DNA from: Candidatus Omnitrophota bacterium
GTDB taxonomy: Bacteria; Omnitrophota; Gorgyraeia; JAHJTE01
Assembly: GCA_018830005.1 (NCBI GenBank)
Contig: JAHJTE010000003.1
Coordinates: 71,674-135,673 of the forward strand
DNA length: 64,000 nucleotides
Direction of reading: 5' to 3'
Below the pieces are notes generated by a model. It was not told the origin of the DNA. It saw only the letters and a program-made list of their open reading frames with translations, and searched no databases. Both the position numbers and the translations under genes were made by a program. The first letter of the stretch is position 1. Every line of letters starts with the position of its first letter. Positions 40,780 through 49,841 of this stretch are shown piece by piece.

Positions 40780-42219
40780 CTAGGATTTTTCGATTGCCTC
40801 CATGCCTCTACGGCAGATCTCTCTTGCATATTCTGTCCAGATACCTTTGCCCCAATAGCGAAAACAACTTGTTTGAGAAAGCAATAAATATAGAAGTGCC
40901 TGCCGATATTTCGGATCCGGACAATCCATAGGCGTATCATCAAAGCGTTCATGAAAACGAGCGCTTAATTTATTTATCGGATCTAGGATATCCATATACC
41001 CTTTCACCCAGTTTTTATCGTTTGTCCAGGAGGCCTTTTCTAGATTAATCTGTCCGTATTTATTTTTTGCCTTCTGGATAGCCTCTTCAACTGCCCGGGG
41101 AGAAAACTTATTAACGAATTCCCAAATTTTATGCTGGGATATCGGCTGGACCGGCAAAAAGTCCTCCTCTTTAACCCGCTCTCTTTTTATATATTCAAAA
41201 TACTCGCTTACATTTAAAGCGACCGTTCCTTCCCGGCCTATTTCATTAAATACCTCTTTATATTTAGGAGGAAACTCATTCATCATCACCCCGCCGTTTT
41301 CTCCATCACTTATTTGTAATACCAAAGGCGGTAGGCTCTTTTTGGCATACTCCTCTCTCTGTCTCGATTTTGCTTCATAATAAGGTTGCATCTGGGCTAC
41401 CAGTTTGGTATCCGAACCCTGCGTCTTTATGAATACAGCTATCTCCTGAGTCTTACCAAAAGAATTCTTGGCAATTAGTCGGTGGGGAAAATGCGGCCTT
41501 CGTATAGGAGAACCGTCTAGATTCTCGATAGTGTGCTCCTGAACAAGCAACCATTCATAACCTGCCTCTTTTAAGGCCTTTATATATTCAAAACAGACAT
41601 CTGGATGAATAGGCAGTTGCATCTCCGGCGCAGAAAAACCTTTCAGGCGATTAAGCGCCTCCTGGCCGAATATAGCGCCAAAATGATTTCTCCAGGCGCG
41701 GATATGCAAAGATATATCAGGAACCGGAGTTGAGCTAACCACTGCATGAGACCACATTGTGCCTAACCACTCTAGAGAGGGATAATATTTCTTATCAACC
41801 GTTATCTGGCTTAGATTATCCAAGACCTTTGCCTCTCCCATCTGGCGCAATCCCCACAAGAGATTTCCGGAATAATCTAACATTATCCGCGGATGAAGCC
41901 CTTTATCTAGGAGTTCTCTGATTATATCTGACATACGCGAATAACAACTCAGGAATACCGGGGCATTATGGTTATCCCCGATATTCTGGTGCTTCATCAT
42001 ATATTCTAGATTGCTTATAAGGCCAGCCCTGGCTAAATCATCGCCTTGGGCCGGAATGGTAGGTTGATGCATATGCAAGGCAATAGCAAAAGCAGTATTA
42101 ATCTTATCAAAGGGAAGACTGCTGAAAGGGGCAAAAAGCTCTTTTTCTGTTTTCTTTCTTTCTTTTGATTTTATATTTTGGCTGAAAATATTTGGCAGGC
42201 CAGCCACTATATCTTTCAT
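40780..42219 (-). CDS. GH57 family glycoside hydrolase-like protein
   Basis: N-terminal IALHMHQP (GH57 HxHQP region 1). Adjacent to the GH57 branching enzyme. Confidence 0.5.
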   Translation of the reverse strand: MKDIVAGLPNIFSQNIKSKERKKTEKELFAPFSSLPFDKINTAFAIALHMHQPTIPAQGDDLARAGLISNLEYMMKHQNIGDNHNAPVFLSCYSRMSDIIRELLDKGLHPRIMLDYSGNLLWGLRQMGEAKVLDNLSQITVDKKYYPSLEWLGTMWSHAVVSSTPVPDISLHIRAWRNHFGAIFGQEALNRLKGFSAPEMQLPIHPDVCFEYIKALKEAGYEWLLVQEHTIENLDGSPIRRPHFPHRLIAKNSFGKTQEIAVFIKTQGSDTKLVAQMQPYYEAKSRQREEYAKKSLPPLVLQISDGENGGVMMNEFPPKYKEVFNEIGREGTVALNVSEYFEYIKRERVKEEDFLPVQPISQHKIWEFVNKFSPRAVEEAIQKAKNKYGQINLEKASWTNDKNWVKGYMDILDPINKLSARFHERFDDTPMDCPDPKYRQALLYLLLSQTSCFRYWGKGIWTEYAREICRRGMEAIEKS

Positions 42220-42222
42220 TGT

Positions 42223-43851
42223 TTATATATTCTTATTTGCCGATTCTCTCTTTAATATAAAATATTTTGCACAATCCATATCTGCAAATATATTGTCCCT
42301 AGCTTCAACCTCTCCTAACCATTCATTATCTATTGTATTGTTGACGATGTCATTATAGAGACGTTTGAATCTAGAAAGATGTACTTTGACTCTTTTCTGC
42401 GCATAAGGCACCATTGTTCCTGTTTTCATAATAAATGCCCAATCACTGGCCTGGGTAAGCAATAATTCCCGGCCAGCCTGGTTCAAAGCCCTCCGGTAAA
42501 GGTCATGTTTTGCCTTATCAGAATAAGTGTCCAATATTTCAGAGAGTTCTCTCATCTTCTCTCCGGCAGCATGCACATGCCTATAGAGCCAATCATTACT
42601 ACCTTCTACCCAAACGTCATTATAGCCTTTATAGCCCCAGCTGGAAGAAGAAGGCAGACACATTTGATTAGTAGGATATTCGCCCAAATACTGCGAAGGA
42701 GTAATCATGCTTATTGTCTGCTGGTCATAAAATATTTTGCGCGCTAGAAAATCTATCCACATCGGCCCTTCGAACCACCAGTGGCCAAAGAGCTCTGCAT
42801 CATAAGGAGCAACTATAATCGGTTTCCTGTCCATAGTCGAGAGAAGATGTTGGACCTGCTTCTCTCGGTTAAACATAAAATTTCCTGCGTGCTCTGCTGC
42901 CTTGTCTTTGGCTGCCTGCGGAGAATAGGCCTCTTTATAATCGCTGTTACCGGTAATCCGCCAATATTTTAAGCCGGTATTTATGCGTATTCCGGCAGGA
43001 TGAATATAAGGCTTTATATAATCATAATCCAATTCGTAACCGATATCTTTATAATATTCTCTGTAGACAGGATCACCTGGGTATCCCTCTTTTGAGCTCC
43101 AGACCTGCTTTGAAGACTCCCAGTCCCGGGCAAAGGCAGCTACGCCGGAAGGGCAATAAACCGGAGCATATACGCTGTAACGCGGCAAAGGATCCGCGTT
43201 TAGAATACCGTGGGAATCTAAGAAGAAATATCTTATGCCCGCTTCTTTTAGGGCCTCATCAAGGCCCGGATAATAACCGCATTCCGGAAGCCAGAATCCT
43301 TTGGGATCCCGGCCAAAGGTCTTTTTATAATGTTGGACTCCTATATTAACTTGGGCTGCTACATCAGAAGGATTTAAGCAAAGCAAAGGCAAGAATCCGT
43401 GAGTGGCACAGGAAGCGACTATCTCAACATAGCCTAAATCCTGGAAGGCCTTAAAGGCTTCCACGATATCCTTATTGTATCTGTTAGAGAATATTTCCTT
43501 TGCCTCGACTAGCTTGCGATGATACATCAGAGCCAACCCATGAAAATAAGGATCGTAACCTGTCCTTTCTATTTCTTTGGCTGCTAATTCAATTGATCTG
43601 TCAATATGCCGCTGGTATCTATTCTGCAATAGGGGGTCTTTTAACATCGAGACCAGAGGCGGGGTCAAAGACATAGTAATTCTAAAATCTACCCCATCTT
43701 TGATGAGCCTATCAAAAACCTTTATCAGAGGAATATATGTTTCAGTAATAGCCTCATACAGCCAGTTCTCCTCAAGAAAATATTCCTCTTCCGGATGTCT
43801 TACGAACGGCAAGTGTGCGTGAAGCATTAAACAAAGGTAACCTTGAGCCAT
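42223..43851 (-). CDS. GH57 1,4-alpha-glucan branching enzyme (TK1436/Rv3031-type)
   Basis: N-terminal GYLCLMLHAHLPFVRHPE, and conserved blocks GFWLPECGY and APYDAELFGHWWFEG. Confidence 0.85.
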   Translation of the reverse strand: MAQGYLCLMLHAHLPFVRHPEEEYFLEENWLYEAITETYIPLIKVFDRLIKDGVDFRITMSLTPPLVSMLKDPLLQNRYQRHIDRSIELAAKEIERTGYDPYFHGLALMYHRKLVEAKEIFSNRYNKDIVEAFKAFQDLGYVEIVASCATHGFLPLLCLNPSDVAAQVNIGVQHYKKTFGRDPKGFWLPECGYYPGLDEALKEAGIRYFFLDSHGILNADPLPRYSVYAPVYCPSGVAAFARDWESSKQVWSSKEGYPGDPVYREYYKDIGYELDYDYIKPYIHPAGIRINTGLKYWRITGNSDYKEAYSPQAAKDKAAEHAGNFMFNREKQVQHLLSTMDRKPIIVAPYDAELFGHWWFEGPMWIDFLARKIFYDQQTISMITPSQYLGEYPTNQMCLPSSSSWGYKGYNDVWVEGSNDWLYRHVHAAGEKMRELSEILDTYSDKAKHDLYRRALNQAGRELLLTQASDWAFIMKTGTMVPYAQKRVKVHLSRFKRLYNDIVNNTIDNEWLGEVEARDNIFADMDCAKYFILKRESANKNI

Positions 43852-43855
43852 ATTT

Positions 43856-45133
43856 CTATTTCTCTTTATCGGTTCTTCTCTCTACCCTGGTATCTATTTT
43901 TCTTTTCTGGCTCTTATCCTTAGACTCTGCTTTAAATTCTAAAGGTATAATACCATCTGAGGGTAAAGAAAATCTTAAACTAAACGTACCGTCTTTATTT
44001 AAATTAATCTTTTTATCTCCTAACCAGACTTGGGCATCTGATTCTGTGCGTCCGTAAACAATTAATTCTGTTGACAGCTCAAAGAAGAACTTCCTTTCTA
44101 TCCTCTCCTGAACTAATTCACTAGCCCCGGGCTGTTTTATGCGCTCTTCGCTACCACCCGGGCCTAAAACAACCATGCTTTCAGAAGCGCCCAAGAAAAT
44201 CCTCCTTAAGGAATAACCTTTGGGTAAACCGGCAAGGGTCCTGCGCCTTTCTTTTTCGGTCTCTCCTTCTAAAAGTAAGTTAAGGCCTCTGCCCTTTCTG
44301 CCAAAATAACTGAGTAAGCGGGCGGATATAATATCTCTCAATGAAGGATTCAGGCGTGAATAATAACTTCTTATGTCCTCATCGGTAAGATAAATCCTCC
44401 TTAGGCCTTTCTTTTGATATTGGGCAGCGGATATCGATGCGTCTTTACTAACAGCTATGCTCGGTCTTACAAAAACGGATTCCTTACTACCGTCCTGAAC
44501 ATTCATCCATATCTGTTCGCTGCGGGGAGAATAGCTAACACGGGGAGTATGGACACAGTTTGATCTAGCCAAGGAAATAAATCTGCCTCCAGCAGTACGC
44601 AAACCTATCTCCGCTATGTAAGAAACGCCATCCTTGTAGAGATTTACATACCAGTTATTTGCATAGATATCAACCTCAATATCAAAATAACTATTTGCAT
44701 TAGTGCCGTTAAAGTCTAGGAGAGTCACATCATACATTCTCAAGACAGTCTTTGCTGTTCTGATCTCTTCGTCACTGAGCCTTGACTTTAAAGAGTTCAG
44801 ATTATCAAATGGAATCTCCCAATAGGCAAAAACCCAAAACGGATCCTTAACCATCAGCCTTACGCGATTTAGGCCGTAATCAGCGGGAAACTGGTAATCA
44901 TCTATCCAATGCCTCTTCTGGGGTAGACCTTCATCTACTGGCAAACGCAGAGGCTTCTTTTTCTCAGCCGGGCCTGAAACAAGAGAAGTTTTACTCACAA
45001 GGGCTGCGGCTTTTCTTGCTGCGGAAACAGGCTTGGGATGTTTAGCCTTAGGATAGGTCTTTTCTTTAGCGCCAGAGACGGTTATCTCTCTTCCTTTTTC
45101 GTAGACACGTTTTATTATCTTCTGTCTTTTCAT
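43856..45133 (-). CDS. DUF4912-like protein with basic N-terminal tail
   Basis: Lys-rich N-terminus, then the WVFAYWEI block. Confidence 0.35.
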   Translation of the reverse strand: MKRQKIIKRVYEKGREITVSGAKEKTYPKAKHPKPVSAARKAAALVSKTSLVSGPAEKKKPLRLPVDEGLPQKRHWIDDYQFPADYGLNRVRLMVKDPFWVFAYWEIPFDNLNSLKSRLSDEEIRTAKTVLRMYDVTLLDFNGTNANSYFDIEVDIYANNWYVNLYKDGVSYIAEIGLRTAGGRFISLARSNCVHTPRVSYSPRSEQIWMNVQDGSKESVFVRPSIAVSKDASISAAQYQKKGLRRIYLTDEDIRSYYSRLNPSLRDIISARLLSYFGRKGRGLNLLLEGETEKERRRTLAGLPKGYSLRRIFLGASESMVVLGPGGSEERIKQPGASELVQERIERKFFFELSTELIVYGRTESDAQVWLGDKKINLNKDGTFSLRFSLPSDGIIPLEFKAESKDKSQKRKIDTRVERRTDKEK

Positions 45134-45185
45134 TCGCTTTACTAAAGCCTAAAACGCTAAATTAATTAAAAAAGATTTAAAGCCT

Positions 45186-46346
45186 TTAGCTGTGGTAGAC
45201 ATTTAATACCTGCTCTGCAATGGTATCCCAGGAAAATGCTGTCTCAACTGCGATCCTGCCGTTTCTACCCATCCATCTTAGGTGATCAAAATCACTAAAA
45301 GCTGTTCCTACTCCCCAGGAAACTGAGTCAGTATTAGGATAAACTTTTAGGCCATTAACATCATGCCAAACTATTTCGCTGGGGCCGCCGTTTGATGAAA
45401 CAATGACCGGCTTTCCTGCGCTCCATGCCTCTAAGATAACTATTCCGAATGGTTCGTTTCTACTGGGGATGCAGATAATATCAGAGGCCCTATATAAATC
45501 AATTAGTCTCCAGCCATTAACATAGCCTAGGAATTTAGTTGCGGAGCTTAAACCCATATGCCTTGCCGTCTCCTGAACATGCCCTCGCATCGAACCGTCT
45601 CCGACAAAGACAAATTTCGCATTATTGTAATACTTAAGTATGTTAGGTATTGCCTCCATCAGTAAATCCGGCCCCTTTTGATAGACCATCCTTCCTACAA
45701 ACAAAACAACCGGATCCATGGGCCCGATATCATAAACACGCCGCACAGAAGCTGAATCTATCCAGCCGTCATAGTTTCTATAATTTATACCATTATAAAT
45801 AACAGAAACCTTAGAATCCGGCAAATTATAAACCCACATTATCTCATTTTTTAAAGCATTGGAGACCGCTATCGCCCTATCTGCGCAATAGCTACCATGC
45901 TTTTCATGATCCATTATCCTGGCAGAATTACCGCCAAAAAAGTTATTGCCGCATCTGCCATATTCAGTGGAATGAATGGTAAGTATTGACTTATGGCCTC
46001 TACCCTCTTTTATCCAGACCAAGGCATTGGAAGTAAGCCAATCATGAGCATGGATAACGTCAAATTCGCCTACATAATCCTCTGTTTTAAAGAAACTCTC
46101 CGTAAAGGAACGGCACATATTATTTATCTCTTCTAGGAAATCGTTGCCAGAACTAAAAGGACAACGGTGATAATGAACACCATGTATCCTTTCATACCAG
46201 GCCTGTCCCCCATCACCTAGACGAGTAAACAGATGTACTTCATTGCCTTTTCTCTCCAGGGCACAGGCAAGTTCTGTAACATGGAAAGCGACGCCACCCA
46301 CACTTATTGAATGCATGGATTCCCATGCAAAAAGTGCGATACGCAT
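45186..46346 (-). CDS. GT4 family alpha-glucosyltransferase (Rv3032/GlgA-like)
   Basis: MRIALFAWESMHSISVGGVAFHVTELACAL N-terminus and GT-B C-terminal EX7E-type region (EPFGIVILEAWSAGKPVI). Confidence 0.75.
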   Translation of the reverse strand: MRIALFAWESMHSISVGGVAFHVTELACALERKGNEVHLFTRLGDGGQAWYERIHGVHYHRCPFSSGNDFLEEINNMCRSFTESFFKTEDYVGEFDVIHAHDWLTSNALVWIKEGRGHKSILTIHSTEYGRCGNNFFGGNSARIMDHEKHGSYCADRAIAVSNALKNEIMWVYNLPDSKVSVIYNGINYRNYDGWIDSASVRRVYDIGPMDPVVLFVGRMVYQKGPDLLMEAIPNILKYYNNAKFVFVGDGSMRGHVQETARHMGLSSATKFLGYVNGWRLIDLYRASDIICIPSRNEPFGIVILEAWSAGKPVIVSSNGGPSEIVWHDVNGLKVYPNTDSVSWGVGTAFSDFDHLRWMGRNGRIAVETAFSWDTIAEQVLNVYHS

Positions 46347-46372
46347 TTTTAGCCTTTTTTAATTATTAAATT

Positions 46373-46651
46373 TTAAATTTCTATGACTGAATTTTCAGTG
46401 CCTATTGCACTCAGAGACTTATTTGAGTTATTAGGATCAGCCATCCAATTGCCGTCAACTACGAATTTATACTCGTATCTGCCTGGCTTAAGAACGACCT
46501 CTTTCTTCCAGATGTTATCCTTGCTTTTTTTAAGCAATATCTTCTTCTCGTCCCATTTGTTAAAATCTCCCGCTAGGCTAACTTTGCTTGCTTGCTGGGC
46601 CTCAAGCATAAAGATTACTTTAGCCCCTTTCTGGTTCTTCTTCCTTGCCAT
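46373..46651 (-). CDS. Stand-alone CBM48 / AMPK-beta-type glycogen-binding domain protein
   Basis: KVSLAGDFNKWDEKKILLKK...WKKEVVLKPGRYEYKFVVDGNWMADPNN is a classic CBM48 signature. Confidence 0.7.
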   Translation of the reverse strand: MARKKNQKGAKVIFMLEAQQASKVSLAGDFNKWDEKKILLKKSKDNIWKKEVVLKPGRYEYKFVVDGNWMADPNNSNKSLSAIGTENSVIEI

Positions 46652-46903
46652 ATTACACCTCCTAATGTAATTTGTTATGATTTTTAACAACTTAACTTTT
46701 CCTTCTCTAGGCTTCTCATTACTGTAAAAGTATTATATAAAGAGCCTATACTATATTATATCTTCGGGAAGAAGTAAATAAGCAAAAATACCTAGTTTGC
46801 CTGTATTTTTTTGCTTAGCCAGAAAAACCATATTTAAAGGATGATTTTTATCTTAACTTTATTAATAAGAATGAGTTAGGAAAATTGAGGTGGGTAAATT
46901 AAG

Positions 46904-47554
46904 CTATACGCTTATTATCCCTTCTTTTATAGCAAATCTTACAAGCTGAGCTTGATTATGCAGGTTTAGCTTGCGCATTATATTATTCCTATGAACCAGT
47001 ACGGTTTTAGTGGAGAGTTTGAATTTTTGAGCTATCTCTTTACTGCTTAGGCCTTCGGCAATAAGCTGGATAATCTCTCTTTCGCGCAGGGTAAGAATGG
47101 CTTTACTTCTTAGCCTGATAGCCGGCTTTCTTTTAAAAAGATAATCTTCTATTACAAAAGAGGAAATCTTTGAACTTAAAAAATATTTTCCTGAATAAAC
47201 CTCTCTGATAGCATGGGCTATCTCATCAGCTGCCGAATCCTTTAGGATGTAGCCCTTGATGCCGTAACCAAGGGCCTCTTCAACAAAGGCTCGGTTCTCA
47301 TGCATGCTTAAAATCAGGATTTTTATCTTTTTGTTCTGCTTGATTATCTGATAACTAGCATCAAGGCCGTTTAGCTGCGGTAAGGTAATATCCATAATAA
47401 CAATATCCGGGGATTTTTCTTTCGCTATCCTTACTGCCTCTTTTCCATCTGAGGCCTCGGCCACTACTGAAATATCCGGCTCTTTGGCAAGCACGCTTTT
47501 GATACCTTGCTTGACTACCTCATGATCGTCTACTAACATTACTTCAATCGCCAT
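46904..47554 (-). CDS. NarL/LuxR-family response regulator
   Basis: REC domain (LVDDHEVV...DIVIMDITLP) and LuxR HTH (LTLREREIIQLIAEGLSSKEIAQKFKLSTKTV). Confidence 0.85.
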   Translation of the reverse strand: MAIEVMLVDDHEVVKQGIKSVLAKEPDISVVAEASDGKEAVRIAKEKSPDIVIMDITLPQLNGLDASYQIIKQNKKIKILILSMHENRAFVEEALGYGIKGYILKDSAADEIAHAIREVYSGKYFLSSKISSFVIEDYLFKRKPAIRLRSKAILTLREREIIQLIAEGLSSKEIAQKFKLSTKTVLVHRNNIMRKLNLHNQAQLVRFAIKEGIISV

Positions 47555-47591
47555 ATTAGATTTTCCTTAAATCTATAAGCAGAAAAAAATC

Positions 47592-48326
47592 CTAAGCTAT
47601 AGGCAGGATAACGGAAATCTTTGTGCCCTTGCCAGAAGAAGAGGTTATTTTTAAATCACCATCTAAGATGTCCACTCTTTCTTTTATCCCCCGCAAGCCC
47701 ATCTTGGTTATCCCCGCCTCTCTCGTATGTTTGCCATAATCAAAGCCTTTTCCGTCATCTTCAATAATTAACTGGATACTATCTTGAGAAAGGATTAAGT
47801 TTACTTTAACTAAAGAAGCATCGGCATACTTGATTATATTATAGGTTGCCTCCTGGACTATACGGTAAAGAGTAATCTCTATGTCTTCCCTAAGCTTAAC
47901 TCCTTTGAGATTTTCGTCAAACTCTATTCTTATCGCGGGATTTGATTCGCTGCATTGGGCAAAAAATTCCCGAAAAACCGCAGAAAGCCCTAAAATATCT
48001 AAACCAGGCGGCCTTAAATTAAATGCCATAATCTTCATCTTAGCAGCCAGGCCTTTAATCAATTCTCTCACCTCCTCTATCTTCTCTAAGGCCTGCTGCA
48101 CACTGCCTTCTTTTATATCCCTCTCGATAATGTTAAGCGAAGCGCCCAAGGCCACCACAACCTGACCTGTTTCATCATGCAAGTCGCGGGATATTCTCTT
48201 TTTCTCCTCTTCTTGCAGCATAAATATTTTGCTAAAATGCTGCTTTATTATCTCTAAATTTCTCTGCATATCCAGAGGGACATTATCTAATTTGACTTTG
48301 GATTTCTTCCTATTTTTAGACATCAA
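47592..48326 (-). CDS. Soluble HisKA_3-type histidine kinase (no TM or sensor domain)
   Basis: ISRDLHDETGQ H-box and HATPase_c (DDGKGF). Only a ~40-aa N-terminal extension. Confidence 0.8.
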   Translation of the reverse strand: MMSKNRKKSKVKLDNVPLDMQRNLEIIKQHFSKIFMLQEEEKKRISRDLHDETGQVVVALGASLNIIERDIKEGSVQQALEKIEEVRELIKGLAAKMKIMAFNLRPPGLDILGLSAVFREFFAQCSESNPAIRIEFDENLKGVKLREDIEITLYRIVQEATYNIIKYADASLVKVNLILSQDSIQLIIEDDGKGFDYGKHTREAGITKMGLRGIKERVDILDGDLKITSSSGKGTKISVILPIA

Positions 48327-48341
48327 AAACCTCTATTTAAA

Positions 48342-49841
48342 TTATGACCTCTTGGCATTTTTGGTAATTTCCAGAAGCCTCTTAGAAATCTGCGGCTTAA
48401 GGCAAGACTGATCTAGCCTCCAGCGCCAATTACCTCTTTTTGTGGCAGGAAGATTCATCCTGGCCTCTTCTCCCAGGCCTAGAATATCCTGCATAGGGAT
48501 TATCACGGTATTGGCAACCGAAAACATGAGAAGTTTTATAAATTCCCAATTAATCTCCTTAAGGCTAACCTTCTTGCCTAAATATTTAAATACATTTTGC
48601 CTCTCTTGTCTGGAGGCCTCGTTCTTAAACCATCCCTTAATAGTATTATTATCGTGGGTACCGGTATAGGCAACGCAATTTTCTATAAAATTATGAGGCA
48701 GATAAGGATGTTTGTCAAGGTCTGCGTCAAAGCCAAAAAGAAGGATGCGCATACCGGGAAAACCAAAGTGTTTGATTACTGCCCGGACATCATCAGTAAT
48801 ATAGCCTAGGTCTTCGGCAATAATGCTAAGGTCTGGAAATTCTTCCTTTAATAACCTAAAGAAATCATAGGCCGGGGCCTTAACCCATTGACCTTTTATC
48901 GCTGTTTTTTGCTCTGAAGGAATTTGCCAATAAGCAACAAGTCCGCGGAAATGATCAATCCTTATTATATCAAAAGGATCAGAATTGAATCTTAGCCTTT
49001 GAAACCACCATTTAAAACCATTCTTCTTTAATATCTCCCAGCGATATATGGGATTTCCCCATCTCTGGCCGGTCTTGCTAAAATAATCCGGAGGCACGCC
49101 TGCGACAAAAGAGGGCATCTTCTCAGTATTAAGCTTAAAAAAATCAGGATTAGACCATACATCAGCGCTGTCATAACTTACATAAATGGGGATATCGCCA
49201 ATAAGCTTAATCCCGTTATTATTGCAATATTGTTTAAGACAAAACCATTGTTTAAAAAAGACAAATTGCAAAAACTTCTCTTTAGAAATTTCGTTTTTAA
49301 AATCATTCTTTATTTTATTTAAGGCCTGCGGCTTTCTGTCCCTTAAATCCTTAGTCCATTTGCCCCAAGGCCGGCTGTCAATATGTCTTTTTACTACTCT
49401 AAAAATTGAAAAATCCTCTAGCCAATATTGATTGTCCTTGCAAAACTTTTCGAAATCCTGTTTAGGTCCTGGGTCTTTTATAAAATTATTATAGGCGATT
49501 GAGAAAATCCCTTTTTTAAATCTGGTCACTTTAAGATAATCACACTGATTTTTTGAAAAACTTAGCCTTGGTTTAATATCGCTTCCTGATAATAAACCAT
49601 CCTTGACCAGCAACTCAGGACTAATCAATAGCGAATTTGCCCCAAAGGCAGAATTGCTGCTATAAGGAGAATTGTCGAATACCGGATCTGTAGGATTTAA
49701 AGGTAAAATCTGCCAATAACTTTGCTTGCTAAATTTCAAGAAATCAGCAAATTTATAAGCCTGGGGGCCTAAATCGCCTATGCCAAAGCCAGAGGCAAGT
49801 GAGGTAATGTGTAGGAGTATGCCGCTTGCTCTCCTGTTCAT
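48342..49841 (-). CDS. malQ: 4-alpha-glucanotransferase (amylomaltase, GH77)
   Basis: RASGILLHITSLASGFGIGDLG N-terminus, and IRIDHFRG and GDLPI-type motifs. Confidence 0.9.
   Translation of the reverse strand: MNRRASGILLHITSLASGFGIGDLGPQAYKFADFLKFSKQSYWQILPLNPTDPVFDNSPYSSNSAFGANSLLISPELLVKDGLLSGSDIKPRLSFSKNQCDYLKVTRFKKGIFSIAYNNFIKDPGPKQDFEKFCKDNQYWLEDFSIFRVVKRHIDSRPWGKWTKDLRDRKPQALNKIKNDFKNEISKEKFLQFVFFKQWFCLKQYCNNNGIKLIGDIPIYVSYDSADVWSNPDFFKLNTEKMPSFVAGVPPDYFSKTGQRWGNPIYRWEILKKNGFKWWFQRLRFNSDPFDIIRIDHFRGLVAYWQIPSEQKTAIKGQWVKAPAYDFFRLLKEEFPDLSIIAEDLGYITDDVRAVIKHFGFPGMRILLFGFDADLDKHPYLPHNFIENCVAYTGTHDNNTIKGWFKNEASRQERQNVFKYLGKKVSLKEINWEFIKLLMFSVANTVIIPMQDILGLGEEARMNLPATKRGNWRWRLDQSCLKPQISKRLLEITKNAKRS

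Noticed and set aside
40746-40952. 68-aa minus-strand ORF overlapping the 3' end of the GH57-like gene
   Set aside because: It lies entirely inside a longer coding frame with better motif support and has no independent RBS.
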